Assembly (NCBI GenBank): GCA_963662435.1 | Contig: OY759598.1 | Span: 434,001-498,000, forward strand | Direction of reading: 5' to 3' | Length of the DNA: 64,000 bases | DNA from: Dehalococcoidia bacterium | GTDB taxonomy: Bacteria; Chloroflexota; Dehalococcoidia; Lucifugimonadales; VXLM01 | In this document: positions 1 to 9,420 of the stretch, piece by piece | Numbering within the stretch: position 1 is the first letter of the stretch | Layout: every line of letters starts with the position of its first letter | Program-made: the position numbers and the translations under genes | Notes under the pieces: model-generated | Told to the model about the DNA's origin: nothing | The model's database searches: none | Seen by the model: the letters and a program-made list of their open reading frames with translations, nothing else

Positions 1-883
1 AAAGCTGGTCGTTGCCCGCTATGTGCGGCGACACGATGACGTTGTCCAGCGAGTATAGGGGATTGTCCGTAGGTGTCGGCTCCTCCTCGAACACGTCCAG
101 CCCGGCACCCGCAATTTGTCCCGACTTGAGCGCGTCCACGAGATCGCTTTCCACCACCAGACCGCCCCTTGCCGTGTTGATGAGTACGCCGTTGGGATTC
201 ATCGTCGCCAGCGTCGTCTTGTTGATGAAGCCGCGAGTCTCGTCATTGAGAGGGCAGTGAAGGCTCACGTAGTCCGCGCTCCTCAGGAGCGTGTCGATAT
301 CGACCAGTTCGATCCCGTGCTCAGCCACGAATTCCTGGTCGGGATATAGCTCCGTCGCGATAACCCGCATCCTCATTGCAACCGCGCGCACCGCCAGGCT
401 CCTTCCGATGCGCCCCAGTCCCACTATACCCAGTGTGCTGCCGCGAATCGGCTTGCGTGGCTCGGACGGCCATCCTCCGTTCCGCATCGCCCTATCGACC
501 GTCACAGTGCCCTTCGCATTGCCAATGATTAGCGAAATCGCCTGCTCCGAGACCGCCTCGTGGTTCGAGTTCGGCGTGATAGTAACGACCACGCCACGCT
601 CATTCGCCTTGTCGAGATCGATCTTGTCGAATCCCACTCCCATCCGGGCAATCACCCGCAGGTCGGGAAGTCCTTCCAGCACTGCAGCGGGATATCGCTC
701 ACCCCACGCCACTACGCCCCCGGCCCCCTGAAGGAACTCGATCTCCTCCTCATCGCTCCGATGACCCTGCCCGAACATCAAGTCATCCACCACACGGACG
801 TCGAACCCCCGACCCTCCAGCAAACGAACCGCCGGCGCATTTGCATTATTTGGGTTGTCACCGCTGAATACTACTGTTGGCAC
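1..883 (-). CDS. D-isomer-specific 2-hydroxyacid/phosphoglycerate dehydrogenase family (3' end runs off window)
   Basis: Manual translation from GTG at 883 after an AAGGAGG RBS gives RMGVGFDKID, GIVGLGRIG (NAD-binding), INTARG, GAGLDVFEEEP and SPHIAG. Confidence 0.85.
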   Translation of the reverse strand, partial: MPTVVFSGDNPNNANAPAVRLLEGRGFDVRVVDDLMFGQGHRSDEEEIEFLQGAGGVVAWGERYPAAVLEGLPDLRVIARMGVGFDKIDLDKANERGVVVTITPNSNHEAVSEQAISLIIGNAKGTVTVDRAMRNGGWPSEPRKPIRGSTLGIVGLGRIGRSLAVRAVAMRMRVIATELYPDQEFVAEHGIELVDIDTLLRSADYVSLHCPLNDETRGFINKTTLATMNPNGVLINTARGGLVVESDLVDALKSGQIAGAGLDVFEEEPTPTDNPLYSLDNVIVSPHIAGNDQL

Positions 884-942
884 CTTGTCCTCCTTAGCAC
901 AATTGTCTCTTTAGTTGAAACAAGACAGGCTCCCGCACCTAC

Positions 943-1140
943 TCAGACTCTGACGGACTCTCCCTCGTTGAGTTTAGGGACTTCCGTGACATGCACAATC
1001 TTGCCGTCCCTGATTATCGCCACCGAACCTGAAGTCTCGATGGCTCGTCGCCGGGCCTTGATTGCTGCCCGTTTCAGGGCAGCCTCAGCCCCGACAAAGT
1101 CTGGGTGTCGACGTCTTTCGATTTGCTTAGTTTCCTGCAT
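943..1140 (-). CDS. Small hypothetical protein, likely partner of the upstream zeta-toxin-like ATPase
   Basis: 65-66 aa; start overlaps the end of the ATPase gene; AEAALKRAAIKARRRA...IIRDGKIV resembles small partners of this ATPase family. Confidence 0.6.
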   Translation of the reverse strand: MQETKQIERRRHPDFVGAEAALKRAAIKARRRAIETSGSVAIIRDGKIVHVTEVPKLNEGESVRV

Positions 1141-1664
1141 CAATGCCCTCTCGATTCCCTATGAGAACAAAACTCTCTCCCGAATCGTCGTACATCTCCC
1201 TGTCGTCCACCAAGTCTCTGTAGATATTCCAAAAAATTCTGCCATCCTGCCTGAAACCTTCGCCGAATGACACGTTCCGGCACTTCGTGTCCGCCCTCCA
1301 AGACCCTCTGTTTGACGCGCTCGATTGCCATCTCTACAGTCCGTAACCGCAGGTAGAAAAGCTCTACCCTGTATCCCCGTTCCTGCCAGTAGCGGATCGA
1401 GCGAACATGTCCGCGCCCACTGAGTGTCGTCTCAAACGCGAAGCTCTCTCCTCGATTTACATAGTCGCGCATAAACTTCAACATCAGCCTGCCCGCGCCA
1501 ACTGCCGCCGCTTCCGGACGAAATGGACTCAGCCCCGCCGCTATCAGGTCCGCATTGATGAATGTGGGACAATTCGCCTCATTCGGCAAAAACTCCGTGG
1601 CAAACACGGTCTTGCCTGCTCCGTTCGGCCCGGCAATGATCAGTATTCTCTTGGAGGTCTCCAT
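1127..1664 (-). pseudogene. Zeta-toxin-like P-loop ATPase (COG4185-like), frameshifted near the C-terminus
   Basis: IAGPNGAGKT Walker A, FINADLIA, FETTLSG and RVLEGGH motifs; the family-like tail (IYRDLVD..MYDDSG) lies in another frame after a T6 run at 1231-1236. Confidence 0.7.
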
Positions 1665-1812
1665 AACTCCCACGATGTCTCATCGGCCATCTGGATTCTA
1701 GCAGATTGCAAATCCTCATGACCTCGCTGTTTGACTTACCCCACTCCCTGTGCTCTGATACCCCTGCGAACCGCTGGCCGCATATTCGCTCACGCCACTC
1801 TTGGAGGTAGCC

Positions 1813-2229
1813 ATGGAAGCGCTCAGAAAGCCCCTCGCAATCATCCTCGGTCTCACCGCCTTCGCCGTACTCTTCCACTTTGTGCTCAGCCCATTCTACA
1901 AGGACGTGATTGAGAGCCACGAAGTTTGGAACGTGCTCAACTGGTTCATGGCCCTTGGCGTGTTGATCGTTTTGATCGTTACCTATCTGGCCAAGAAGGA
2001 AGTTGGCAGGGAAAGCGACACCAACACTTACATCCGCGCAAACGTCGGCTTCTACGCCGCCGCGGCCCTGGCCATCGTCTACCTCTGGAACTGGTTCAAT
2101 GAACTGGTCGTCGGCGGAGGATCGGAGGGCCAGGTCAATGGGAACTTCTGGGTCGTCATTGATGTGATGTACGTCATACTCGTGGCTAGGGTGAGCATGA
2201 GTCTCTGGAGAGACTCCTCCACTGGGTGA
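1813..2229 (+). CDS. Hypothetical membrane protein (about 4 TM helices)
   Basis: GGAGG RBS before ATG 1813; hydrophobic segments. Confidence 0.7.
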   Translation: MEALRKPLAIILGLTAFAVLFHFVLSPFYKDVIESHEVWNVLNWFMALGVLIVLIVTYLAKKEVGRESDTNTYIRANVGFYAAAALAIVYLWNWFNELVVGGGSEGQVNGNFWVVIDVMYVILVARVSMSLWRDSSTG

Positions 2230-2242
2230 CCCTCCGAGATCG

Positions 2243-2953
2243 ATGACCGCCCAGCTGGAACAGGACATCCGTCAGGCCCTCGCCGACAACGCCATCCCCG
2301 ACAAGGCCGAGGGCATGAGAGCCTACATGAAGTCGGAGATGCCCTTTCGCGGCGTCCAGAAACCCGCCCGGCGCAAGCTCCTGCGAGAGGTCCTCAAGAA
2401 TAACCCACTGCCCGACAGGCAAGCCTGGCGGGACTCCATCATCGAACTCTGGCGATATGCGGAATACCGCGAGGAGCGCTACATGGCGCTGGATGTCGCT
2501 GGCGCGCCGCAGTACCGCGCACACCGCACCCCTGACATCCTGCCCATGCTCGAAGAGATAGTCGTGAACGGGGCTTGGTGGGACTACGTCGACGAGGTTG
2601 CCACCCACCGGCTCCGCGAACTCCTCGAACGGTTTCCCGAAGAGATGACCCCCGCCATGCGGTCATGGAGCCTCGACGCCAACATGTGGAAACGCAGGTC
2701 GTCCATCATCTGCCAGATAAACCGAAAGGATGAGACCGACCTCGCCCTCCTCTTCGACTGCATCGACCCCAACCTCTCGCACCCCGACTTCTTCATCCGA
2801 AAGGGCATCGGGTGGGCCCTACGCTCCCTCGCCTGGACCGACCTGGCTACCGTCGAAGACTACGTAGCCCGCAACCGCGAACGCATCAGCAAGCTCTCCG
2901 CCCGTGAAGCACTCAAGAACGCCGATAAGATTCGGGGGCGTACGCCTTCTTAA
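2243..2953 (+). CDS. DNA alkylation repair protein (AlkD-like HEAT-repeat glycosylase family)
   Basis: AYMKSEMPFRG, WWDYVD and FFIRKGIGWALR motifs. Confidence 0.85.
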   Translation: MTAQLEQDIRQALADNAIPDKAEGMRAYMKSEMPFRGVQKPARRKLLREVLKNNPLPDRQAWRDSIIELWRYAEYREERYMALDVAGAPQYRAHRTPDILPMLEEIVVNGAWWDYVDEVATHRLRELLERFPEEMTPAMRSWSLDANMWKRRSSIICQINRKDETDLALLFDCIDPNLSHPDFFIRKGIGWALRSLAWTDLATVEDYVARNRERISKLSAREALKNADKIRGRTPS

Positions 2954-3031
2954 TCAGACTGGAGTGACGAGCTGCAGTGTCTTGGGCTGTTCCGCGAACA
3001 CCCCTGTTTTGTTCTCGTCCGTAAGGGGAAT

Positions 3032-3991
3032 ATGAGAATGAATGAGATGAGCTGTGCTGGTCTCAGGCTCGCCCAATCGATGGCCTCAATCTATGCCGAC
3101 TATCCCGGGGTAAGCGCGATTCTCGTCGGTGGTTCTGTCTCGCGAGGACACGCTGACGAGCACTCGGATCTGGAGATCGGCGTATTCTGGAAGACGTCTC
3201 CTTCCGACGCGGATCGTATGGCAGCCGTCAGCCGAATGGGTGGAGAGGTTTGGAAATTCGAATCCTTCCTCGATGGACGTCGAGCAAGTGAGCATATTGG
3301 GCTTTCCGGGGCGACCGTTGAGGGGAAGCGCTTGAAAGGGACGGCGATGGTCTCTCCGATTCACCTGACCGTTGATACTACAGAGGAGTGGATCAGGTCC
3401 CTGATTGATGACCTCGATACCGACCCTCAGAAGTATGAGCTTTCGGCAGCTATCCGTTATGGAATACCACTCTACGGATTTGACCTGATCGAACGATGGA
3501 AAAAGAAAGTTACGAGCTACCCCAAGAATCTTGCAATCAAGTTGGTTCAGCAAAATCTGTGGCTGGGCCCCTGGTTCAATTGGTCAGCTTCCATAGAGCG
3601 GAAAGATCACCTGTTTCTGGGCCGACATTTGGTCTGTATGCAGCAATCGATAGTTAACATATTAGCGGCCCTCAATCGTGAATACGTGCCTTCAATGGAG
3701 TACAAATCAGTGGATTGGTTACTCGAAGGGACGCATATCAAGCCCTTAGAATGTACGACTCGATTGAGGGCCACGTTTGAGACGGCCGATCAGGGCAAGG
3801 CGGTAAGGGAATTGATCGAATTGGGTATGGAGGTGTTCGACCTCGTCGAACTTCACCTGCCTGAGGCCAACGAAGTTTCTCTCTTCGATGCCCATCCTGA
3901 AATCAACACGGTCTGGGCGAGGCAACGCTGGTCCCCCTATCCTGCCTACACGCTGGTCCGCCAAATAGCTCGTGGCGAAAAACAAGATTGA
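3032..3991 (+). CDS. Nucleotidyltransferase-domain protein (DUF4037-like)
   Basis: GGSVSRGHADEHSDLEI pol-beta NTase motif followed by a helical C-terminal domain. Confidence 0.7.
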   Translation: MRMNEMSCAGLRLAQSMASIYADYPGVSAILVGGSVSRGHADEHSDLEIGVFWKTSPSDADRMAAVSRMGGEVWKFESFLDGRRASEHIGLSGATVEGKRLKGTAMVSPIHLTVDTTEEWIRSLIDDLDTDPQKYELSAAIRYGIPLYGFDLIERWKKKVTSYPKNLAIKLVQQNLWLGPWFNWSASIERKDHLFLGRHLVCMQQSIVNILAALNREYVPSMEYKSVDWLLEGTHIKPLECTTRLRATFETADQGKAVRELIELGMEVFDLVELHLPEANEVSLFDAHPEINTVWARQRWSPYPAYTLVRQIARGEKQD

Positions 3992-4039
3992 AACAGGTCC
4001 TTAAAGGGGGTACTTAGGCCACTACGGACTTAGCCGTAC

Positions 4040-4798
4040 CTACCTCTTCCCCGCCTCGATCATATACCTCGCCGCATAGAACCCAAGCTCCTCGCCTGCC
4101 TCAAACCGCTCCTGGAGCGCGAGCAGGTATCTCAGGTGTGTATTCACCGTGAACCCCGGAACCTCCCAGGGGATCGCTTTCAGATAGTAGACGATCGCTC
4201 CCACGTCCCCGAACACTATCCGGCCCTCCCACTCCTCGACATTCACGATTGAAAGTCCTGTTTCCTCCAGCATCGGAACGTACTTCTCCGGCGTGGCGTC
4301 CGGGAACTGTGGAGCCGCATCGAACGCCGCCTGAAGGTCCCACAGCCACATCCCGTGCACCTGCTGAGTCAGGAATGTGCCGCCCGGCGATAGGACGCGC
4401 ACAACCTCACTGGGATTGAAGTCTGCATGACGGTTCAGCACGAGATCGAACTCGCCGTCACCAAACGGCATCGGACCCGTTTCGGAGACAGCGACCTTCA
4501 CGACCTCAGCGCCCAGAGGCGAAAGCCTCTCGCTCGCCAGTTTGAAATTCGGGGCATAGTCCTCGGTAGCAGCTACCCTCGCGGGCCAATGGTCTCGCAG
4601 GCTTGAGAATTTCTCTCCGCCTCCTGTGTCCATATCGATCACCGACGACGCATTCCCCATCAGTTCCGCCGCCCGATCAAGGTACGACCATGGCTCCCTA
4701 CCGCCCTTGAACCGACCGTCAAGGTACGAAAAGTCCCATCCACTGAACGGCTGCCGCTCCTCACGCAGCCATGCCTCCACGAGTTCATCCCGGTTCAT
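4040..4798 (-). CDS. Class I SAM-dependent methyltransferase
   Basis: FSGWDFSYL, DMDTGGGE motif I, FDLVLNRH, FLTQQV. Confidence 0.85.
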   Translation of the reverse strand: MNRDELVEAWLREERQPFSGWDFSYLDGRFKGGREPWSYLDRAAELMGNASSVIDMDTGGGEKFSSLRDHWPARVAATEDYAPNFKLASERLSPLGAEVVKVAVSETGPMPFGDGEFDLVLNRHADFNPSEVVRVLSPGGTFLTQQVHGMWLWDLQAAFDAAPQFPDATPEKYVPMLEETGLSIVNVEEWEGRIVFGDVGAIVYYLKAIPWEVPGFTVNTHLRYLLALQERFEAGEELGFYAARYMIEAGKR

Positions 4799-4827
4799 TC
4801 CCAATAGACGGACGGCTCCCGTTCCCC

Positions 4828-5208
4828 TCAAACCTGAATCGTTCGCACTCCATATAGTGGAATGCGCGAGTCTGCCGAGACGATGCTCAGCCCCTCCGCC
4901 TGAGCCTGGGCAACGAGCATTCTGTCGAAGGGGTCCCGGTGGTGGAGGGGAAGATCGCCCGCCTGCTCGGCGTGGAGCGAGGTGACGACAAGCTCGGAAA
5001 ACCCCGACTCTTCAAGCAAGGAGGCTATGCCTTTCGGGGCATCGAGCTTGCCGATTGATCGTTTGATGGCGATCTCCCAGATGCTGACGGCGCTGAAGAA
5101 TACCTCGTTGTCGGGATCGATGATGGCGCTGCGGACGGACGGCGCCAAGTCCGGATGGTCTTCAAGAGCGCGCAGCACCACACTGGTATCCAGCAAGAGG
5201 CGCTGCAC
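4828..5208 (-). CDS. vapC: PIN-domain toxin (VapC family)
   Basis: LLLDTSV, SIWEIAIK and HRDPFDRMLVAQA motifs; overlaps the antitoxin stop codon. Confidence 0.9.
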   Translation of the reverse strand: MQRLLLDTSVVLRALEDHPDLAPSVRSAIIDPDNEVFFSAVSIWEIAIKRSIGKLDAPKGIASLLEESGFSELVVTSLHAEQAGDLPLHHRDPFDRMLVAQAQAEGLSIVSADSRIPLYGVRTIQV

Positions 5209-5432
5209 TACCTGCCCTCAAACGCATCAATGACTTCGGAAGGCGTTTGGTCGAAGTCCGGCGCTATGTGGATCTTCCCCTTCAGCGCGCCCAACTTGCG
5301 CTCCGCTCTCCGATGTGGGACGAGATCCAAGTACGGCTTGCCCGCCTTCGCTATGACGATCTTTTCTCCCTGCCACGCAAGTTCACCAAGCCGGGACAGT
5401 TGCGACTTCGCCGCATGCATATTCACCTGCAT
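5208..5432 (-). CDS. Phd/YefM-family antitoxin
   Basis: MQVNMHAAKSQLSRL...IVIAKAGKP...RKLGALKGKI; directly upstream of the PIN toxin. Confidence 0.9.
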   Translation of the reverse strand: MQVNMHAAKSQLSRLGELAWQGEKIVIAKAGKPYLDLVPHRRAERKLGALKGKIHIAPDFDQTPSEVIDAFEGR

Positions 5433-5447
5433 TTGAGCGCCTCACAT

Positions 5448-5476
5448 TTAGCTAAGCTAGACTAAGCTTATACCAT
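5448..5476 (-). promoter_or_regulatory. Probable promoter -10 region and antitoxin operator repeats
   Basis: Minus strand TGG-TATAAG followed by CTTAGTCTAG-CTTAGCTAA palindromic repeats just before the antitoxin RBS. Confidence 0.45.
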
Positions 5477-5637
5477 TGCCTCAACGTTGTAAAGCGGCCA
5501 TTTCCGGTTGTAATTCGCTGAATGCCCGGGGAGATATCAAGGATCAAAAGCCGCTCTCCCACCGGGGTAGTGAAACAGAAAGGGGGCCAACAAGACCCCC
5601 ACTCCACGCTCTCTCCAATCTCCGCGGTGAGTCCGCC

Positions 5638-7278
5638 CTACCGGTAGTAGTGCGCCACCGTCTCTTCGGCCTTCGTCTTTGCCTCGACCAGCGACGGCTG
5701 GCCATTCTTGTTGGCCTCCACCGCTCGCTGGAAGGCGGGCACGAGCTGGTCAGGCGTCTCGACAACCTCGGCATGCGCTCCAAGTCCCTCGGCCACCTTG
5801 GCATACTCGCCGCCGAACTTATTCGTGTCGAACTTCTCGCTGGAGTACGGCATGTGGCTGTCGTAGTGCGTCATCACGCCGTTGTTCAAGACGATCGTCA
5901 TGATGCCGATCTCCGCCCGCGTGGCCGTCTCGATATCCAGGCCCGACATGCCGAACGCGGCGTCTCCCATGACGTTGATGACATGCCTCTCCGGTGCAGC
6001 CAGTTTCGCCCCCAGTGCAAGCCCAAGGCCGTAGCCAAGCTGCGTCGACTTGCCCCAGCCGATGTAGGAGTGCGGTGTGTTGGATGGCCAGAACGGGACG
6101 AACTGCTCCCGCGGATAGCCGGAATCGTGCGTCACAATCGAGTTGTCGGGATTGACCACCTTCTTTAGCTCGGTGAGCACGCGGTACGGGCTGATAGGCA
6201 GTTCGTCTGAGGTCAGGTGCGGACCCCATTCCTTCATAAACTCTGCCTTGACCGTCGCGACCTCCTCGATCACGCCGTTCACGTCGCCCCGCCCATTCTC
6301 GCCCACCTGTCGCTTGACCTCTTCGATCAACTGCCGCAGCACCAGCTTGGCGTCGCCAATCAGCCCGTAGTCGATCTCATGGTCCTTGTTGATGTCCTCG
6401 ACACCGTTTGTAATCTGCGCCAACGGCACGTTCTGCGGCACAGGGGCGTTGAAGTGCGAATTTGTAAAGCTCGCGCCGACTCCCAGTACGAAGTTAGTCT
6501 TCTGAAGGTAGTGATGCACCATCAGCGTCCCGGAGTTTGCTCCCGTCCCAAGTGCCAGCGCATGACTCTCCGGGAAGGCGCTCTTCCCCGCCAGCGTCGT
6601 CATCACGGGAATATTCGTCAGCTCAGCAAACTCGATGAGCTCATCGTACGCCTCCGCGTAGTGGACGCCCTGGCCCACGTACATCATCGGGGCGCTGGCT
6701 CTCAAGAGCTCCGTCACCGTCTCACGCACCACGTCCGGGTCGGCCGACGACCGGTGCACCTTCACAGGTCGATAATCAAATTCACCCGGATACTCTCCCA
6801 TTGCCACGTCTGAAGGAGTCTCGATCAACGTCGGGGCCGGACGGCCGTGCTTCATCTGCGTGAAGGCGCTCCGGAACATCTCGGGGATGCGAGTCGCGTC
6901 GCTGATGTATCCGCTCCACTTGGTGATCCCGCCGTAGTGACTCACCGAGTCGAAGCCAGGGTGAACGCCGAAACGATCGCGGTCGTGTCCCCCCGGCAGC
7001 ACGAGGAACGGCACGTTATCCGCGAATCCCTGCGCCACGCCGCCGAAGGCGTTCTCCGCCCCCGGTCCGCGCTGCATCGTGAATACCCCAATCCTCCGGC
7101 CGTTCATGATGCGGCTGTACCCATCCGCCATGTTCACGCCCGCCCGCTCCTGCCGTGTAATGATGGGCCGTATCCCTTCCTTCGCCGCTGCATCGATCAG
7201 GGTCTGCGCCGGAAACGCGGCTATCCACTCCACTCCTTCGGCCTTCAGAATCTTCGCTATTGCGGTATCGCCGTCCAT
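5638..7278 (-). CDS. Thiamine pyrophosphate-requiring enzyme (acetolactate synthase-like superfamily)
   Basis: RQERAGVNMADG, GPGAEN and the GDAAFGM...LNNG TPP-binding motif. Confidence 0.9.
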   Translation of the reverse strand: MDGDTAIAKILKAEGVEWIAAFPAQTLIDAAAKEGIRPIITRQERAGVNMADGYSRIMNGRRIGVFTMQRGPGAENAFGGVAQGFADNVPFLVLPGGHDRDRFGVHPGFDSVSHYGGITKWSGYISDATRIPEMFRSAFTQMKHGRPAPTLIETPSDVAMGEYPGEFDYRPVKVHRSSADPDVVRETVTELLRASAPMMYVGQGVHYAEAYDELIEFAELTNIPVMTTLAGKSAFPESHALALGTGANSGTLMVHHYLQKTNFVLGVGASFTNSHFNAPVPQNVPLAQITNGVEDINKDHEIDYGLIGDAKLVLRQLIEEVKRQVGENGRGDVNGVIEEVATVKAEFMKEWGPHLTSDELPISPYRVLTELKKVVNPDNSIVTHDSGYPREQFVPFWPSNTPHSYIGWGKSTQLGYGLGLALGAKLAAPERHVINVMGDAAFGMSGLDIETATRAEIGIMTIVLNNGVMTHYDSHMPYSSEKFDTNKFGGEYAKVAEGLGAHAEVVETPDQLVPAFQRAVEANKNGQPSLVEAKTKAEETVAHYYR

Positions 7279-7380
7279 CCCTCACTCCTTAACGGTTCGT
7301 AGTCCAAAATTCGCCAGCGCATCATATCAGGGAACATCTGACTCGTCACCCGCTCACACAATAGCCCCCGTCCCACATCT

Positions 7381-7407
7381 CGTAGGTGCGATTCGCGAAT
7401 CGCCCCG
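7381..7407 (+). repeat. GTAG-type REP-like palindrome (other copies 9027-9054 and 32340-32367)
   Basis: cGTAGGtGCGATTCGCGAATCGCCC; GTAGGGGCGATTCGCGAATCGCCCTTAC; GTAGGGGCGGGTTTCAAACCCGCCCTA. Confidence 0.75.
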
Positions 7408-7472
7408 CCTGTGGGGCTGTACAGGCGTGTCAGTAACTGGCTAAGAGGCACCCACAATCTCTCCCACGCCGG

Positions 7473-7762
7473 GCTGATAGGGGTATGTAAAATGGATGTC
7501 TGCAACGATCCGGCCCCGTCTCTCTGTCATTCCGAGAGGAGCGAGAATCTAGAATCAGTTACCGCAAGACCGGAAAGCCGGTGCCGCGTTTCTGTCGTGA
7601 CCGAGAGGGAAAACAGCGTAAGACTTCTCTATGTCAGCTTTACGTTGGGACAGACACCTCAGATTCTTCGACTCCGCTCCGCTGCGTTCGGAATGACAGA
7701 GACGGGGGTGCTTTCTCGTCAGTGGAGAGTGGAGCGCTAGGCACATTCATACCCCCGTCAGC
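7473..7762. mobile_element. 290-bp MITE, copy 1, inserted in a REP-like palindrome
   Basis: TIR GCTGATAGGGGTATG / CATACCCCCGTCAGC; flanking direct repeat CGCCGG; homologous along its length to 42232-42522. Confidence 0.8.
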
Positions 7763-7885
7763 CGCCGGGGGAGAAATACAGAGAAGGGGGTTCCCGCTGT
7801 CACTTGAAAGCCTGTTCGAAGGGCGATTCCACATATGCACCGACAAAGTAAACGTGGTCTCCCAGGGCCCCAAGAATCATGGAGT

Positions 7886-7907
7886 CCTCAGCGCCCTCTG
7901 CGGTGAA
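7886..7907 (+). repeat. CTCCGCGCCCTCTGCGGTGAA-type dispersed repeat (copies near 5610, 9244, 13447, 14350, 22455, 37031)
   Basis: Recurrent intergenic motif ending TCTG(C/T)GGTGAA, always in the same orientation. Confidence 0.65.
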
Positions 7908-7959
7908 GCTCCACCAAGAAACCACCACTCCGCCGGATACTCAAAAAGGGAAGCCGCCC

Positions 7960-8850
7960 CTATACCCTCGAGAATTTCTGCACTCGCTGGCCTTCGAGGA
8001 CCTCGCCGATGTAGATGTCGCCGCGCGAGTCGACCGTGACGCAGTGCGGCGACACGAACTGTCCCGGCGTCCGGCTCTCCTCGCCGCCCCACCGCCCGAT
8101 CAGGTTCCCATCACAGTCGAGAATGCTGAACCGGGACTCAAGCTCAGTCACCAGCACAGTGTCGTCAGGCCCGAAGCTGACTGAGGTCGGCAGCCGAAAG
8201 TCCGCCGTCCAGATTTCGAGGAAGTTCCCGTCCTGGTCGAATAGCTGGAGCCGGTGGTTCTCCCGGTCGCACACGACCACCCGTCCCTTAGGATCAATGC
8301 CGATCCCGTGCGGATTATGGAAGTGTGAAGAATCCTCCTTGCCTGGCGCTCCCCACGCCAGCAGATACGTCCCATCCGCCGCGAACTTGTGAACGCGGGC
8401 GTTCAAGTAGCCGTCCGAGACAAAGATCTCACCCGACTCATTCGCAGCAATGCCTGTTGGACGGTTGAACGGCCCAGCAGCTTTCACTACCAGGAACTTC
8501 TCGACCTCTCCGCCCGTGTCCGAGGGCTGGTCCTTGTTGCCCAGCGTCATCAGAAGCTCGCCGTCAGGAGAGTATTTCGTAACCGTGTGACTGCCCATGT
8601 CGGCGAAGTACAGGTTCCCGTCTTTCCCAATTGTCATCCCATGCGGCTGGTTGAATCCAACATCCCATGCCCTGAGGAAATTTCCTTCCCGGTCGAGCAC
8701 CATCACCTTGTGGTCGCTCCGAGTGAACAGGTAGATGTTGTCGTCGCTGTCCGCGGCGATGCCCGCTACCTGGAAGAACTCATACCCATCCGGCAGCGTT
8801 CCCCAGCCCTCCACCGGCTCATACGTGTGTTCACCAACTCGATATCCCAT
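7960..8850 (-). CDS. NHL-repeat beta-propeller (peptidyl-alpha-hydroxyglycine amidating lyase family)
   Basis: FNRPTGIA, VSDGYLNARVHKF, PHGIGID, DRENHRLQLF and SPHCVTVDSRGDIY repeats. Confidence 0.85.
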   Translation of the reverse strand: MGYRVGEHTYEPVEGWGTLPDGYEFFQVAGIAADSDDNIYLFTRSDHKVMVLDREGNFLRAWDVGFNQPHGMTIGKDGNLYFADMGSHTVTKYSPDGELLMTLGNKDQPSDTGGEVEKFLVVKAAGPFNRPTGIAANESGEIFVSDGYLNARVHKFAADGTYLLAWGAPGKEDSSHFHNPHGIGIDPKGRVVVCDRENHRLQLFDQDGNFLEIWTADFRLPTSVSFGPDDTVLVTELESRFSILDCDGNLIGRWGGEESRTPGQFVSPHCVTVDSRGDIYIGEVLEGQRVQKFSRV

Positions 8851-8905
8851 TACCAAGACCTCATTGAATTCTCGTCCAATCGCCCCAGCCCGGATGGACT
8901 GCGCT

Positions 8906-8934
8906 ACTATACGTCTTGCCACATATCAGGTCAA
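8906..8934 (-). promoter_or_regulatory. Sigma70-type promoter for the NHL gene
   Basis: TTGACC-17bp-TATAGT on the minus strand. Confidence 0.6.
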
Positions 8935-9420
8935 CGCTCTACGACTAGTCTTACGTGCTCAACGCCTTGCCCGAGTCACTCGCCGCAATCGTCATTCCTC
9001 CAAAAATAACCCCCCGTCCAACCCCCGTAGGGGCGATTCGCGAATCGCCCTTACCGCCATTTTCAGGATTGGTGGTGTCGGTGACAACCGACATGAGCGA
9101 TTAATTCGAACATAGTCGGGTTGCTAGACGCCGGCGTCGGATAGGCTCCCACCATCGGTCCCGCACCCCACACCGTCATTCCCGCGAATGAACGTCAACC
9201 CGTACTCCGATACGAGGCGGGAATTCTCATCTTCCCTCTACACCCTCCGCGCCCTCTGCGGTGAATCCGACCGTAACCCGGAAACCGGCGCCTACTCTTG
9301 ACATGGCACAAGCCCAATAAGTACGATTCAAATAGAGGCAGGACGCAAAGTTGAACGCGGCAGCAGAGTATCCGAGCAGGGACCGCATCCAACCGGCCCT
9401 TTCGACCCAAGAGTGACCAC

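Noticed and set aside
7370..7960. CRISPR array, tRNA or coding ORFs in repeat-rich intergenic regions
   Set aside because: The repeats are dispersed palindromes/MITEs without regular spacers; no cas genes or cloverleaf; the short ORFs are repeat translations
9335..9400. GGACGCAAAG resembling a c-di-GMP-I riboswitch core
   Set aside because: The upstream GGCAAAC/GNRA P2 stem and a proper P3 are not present
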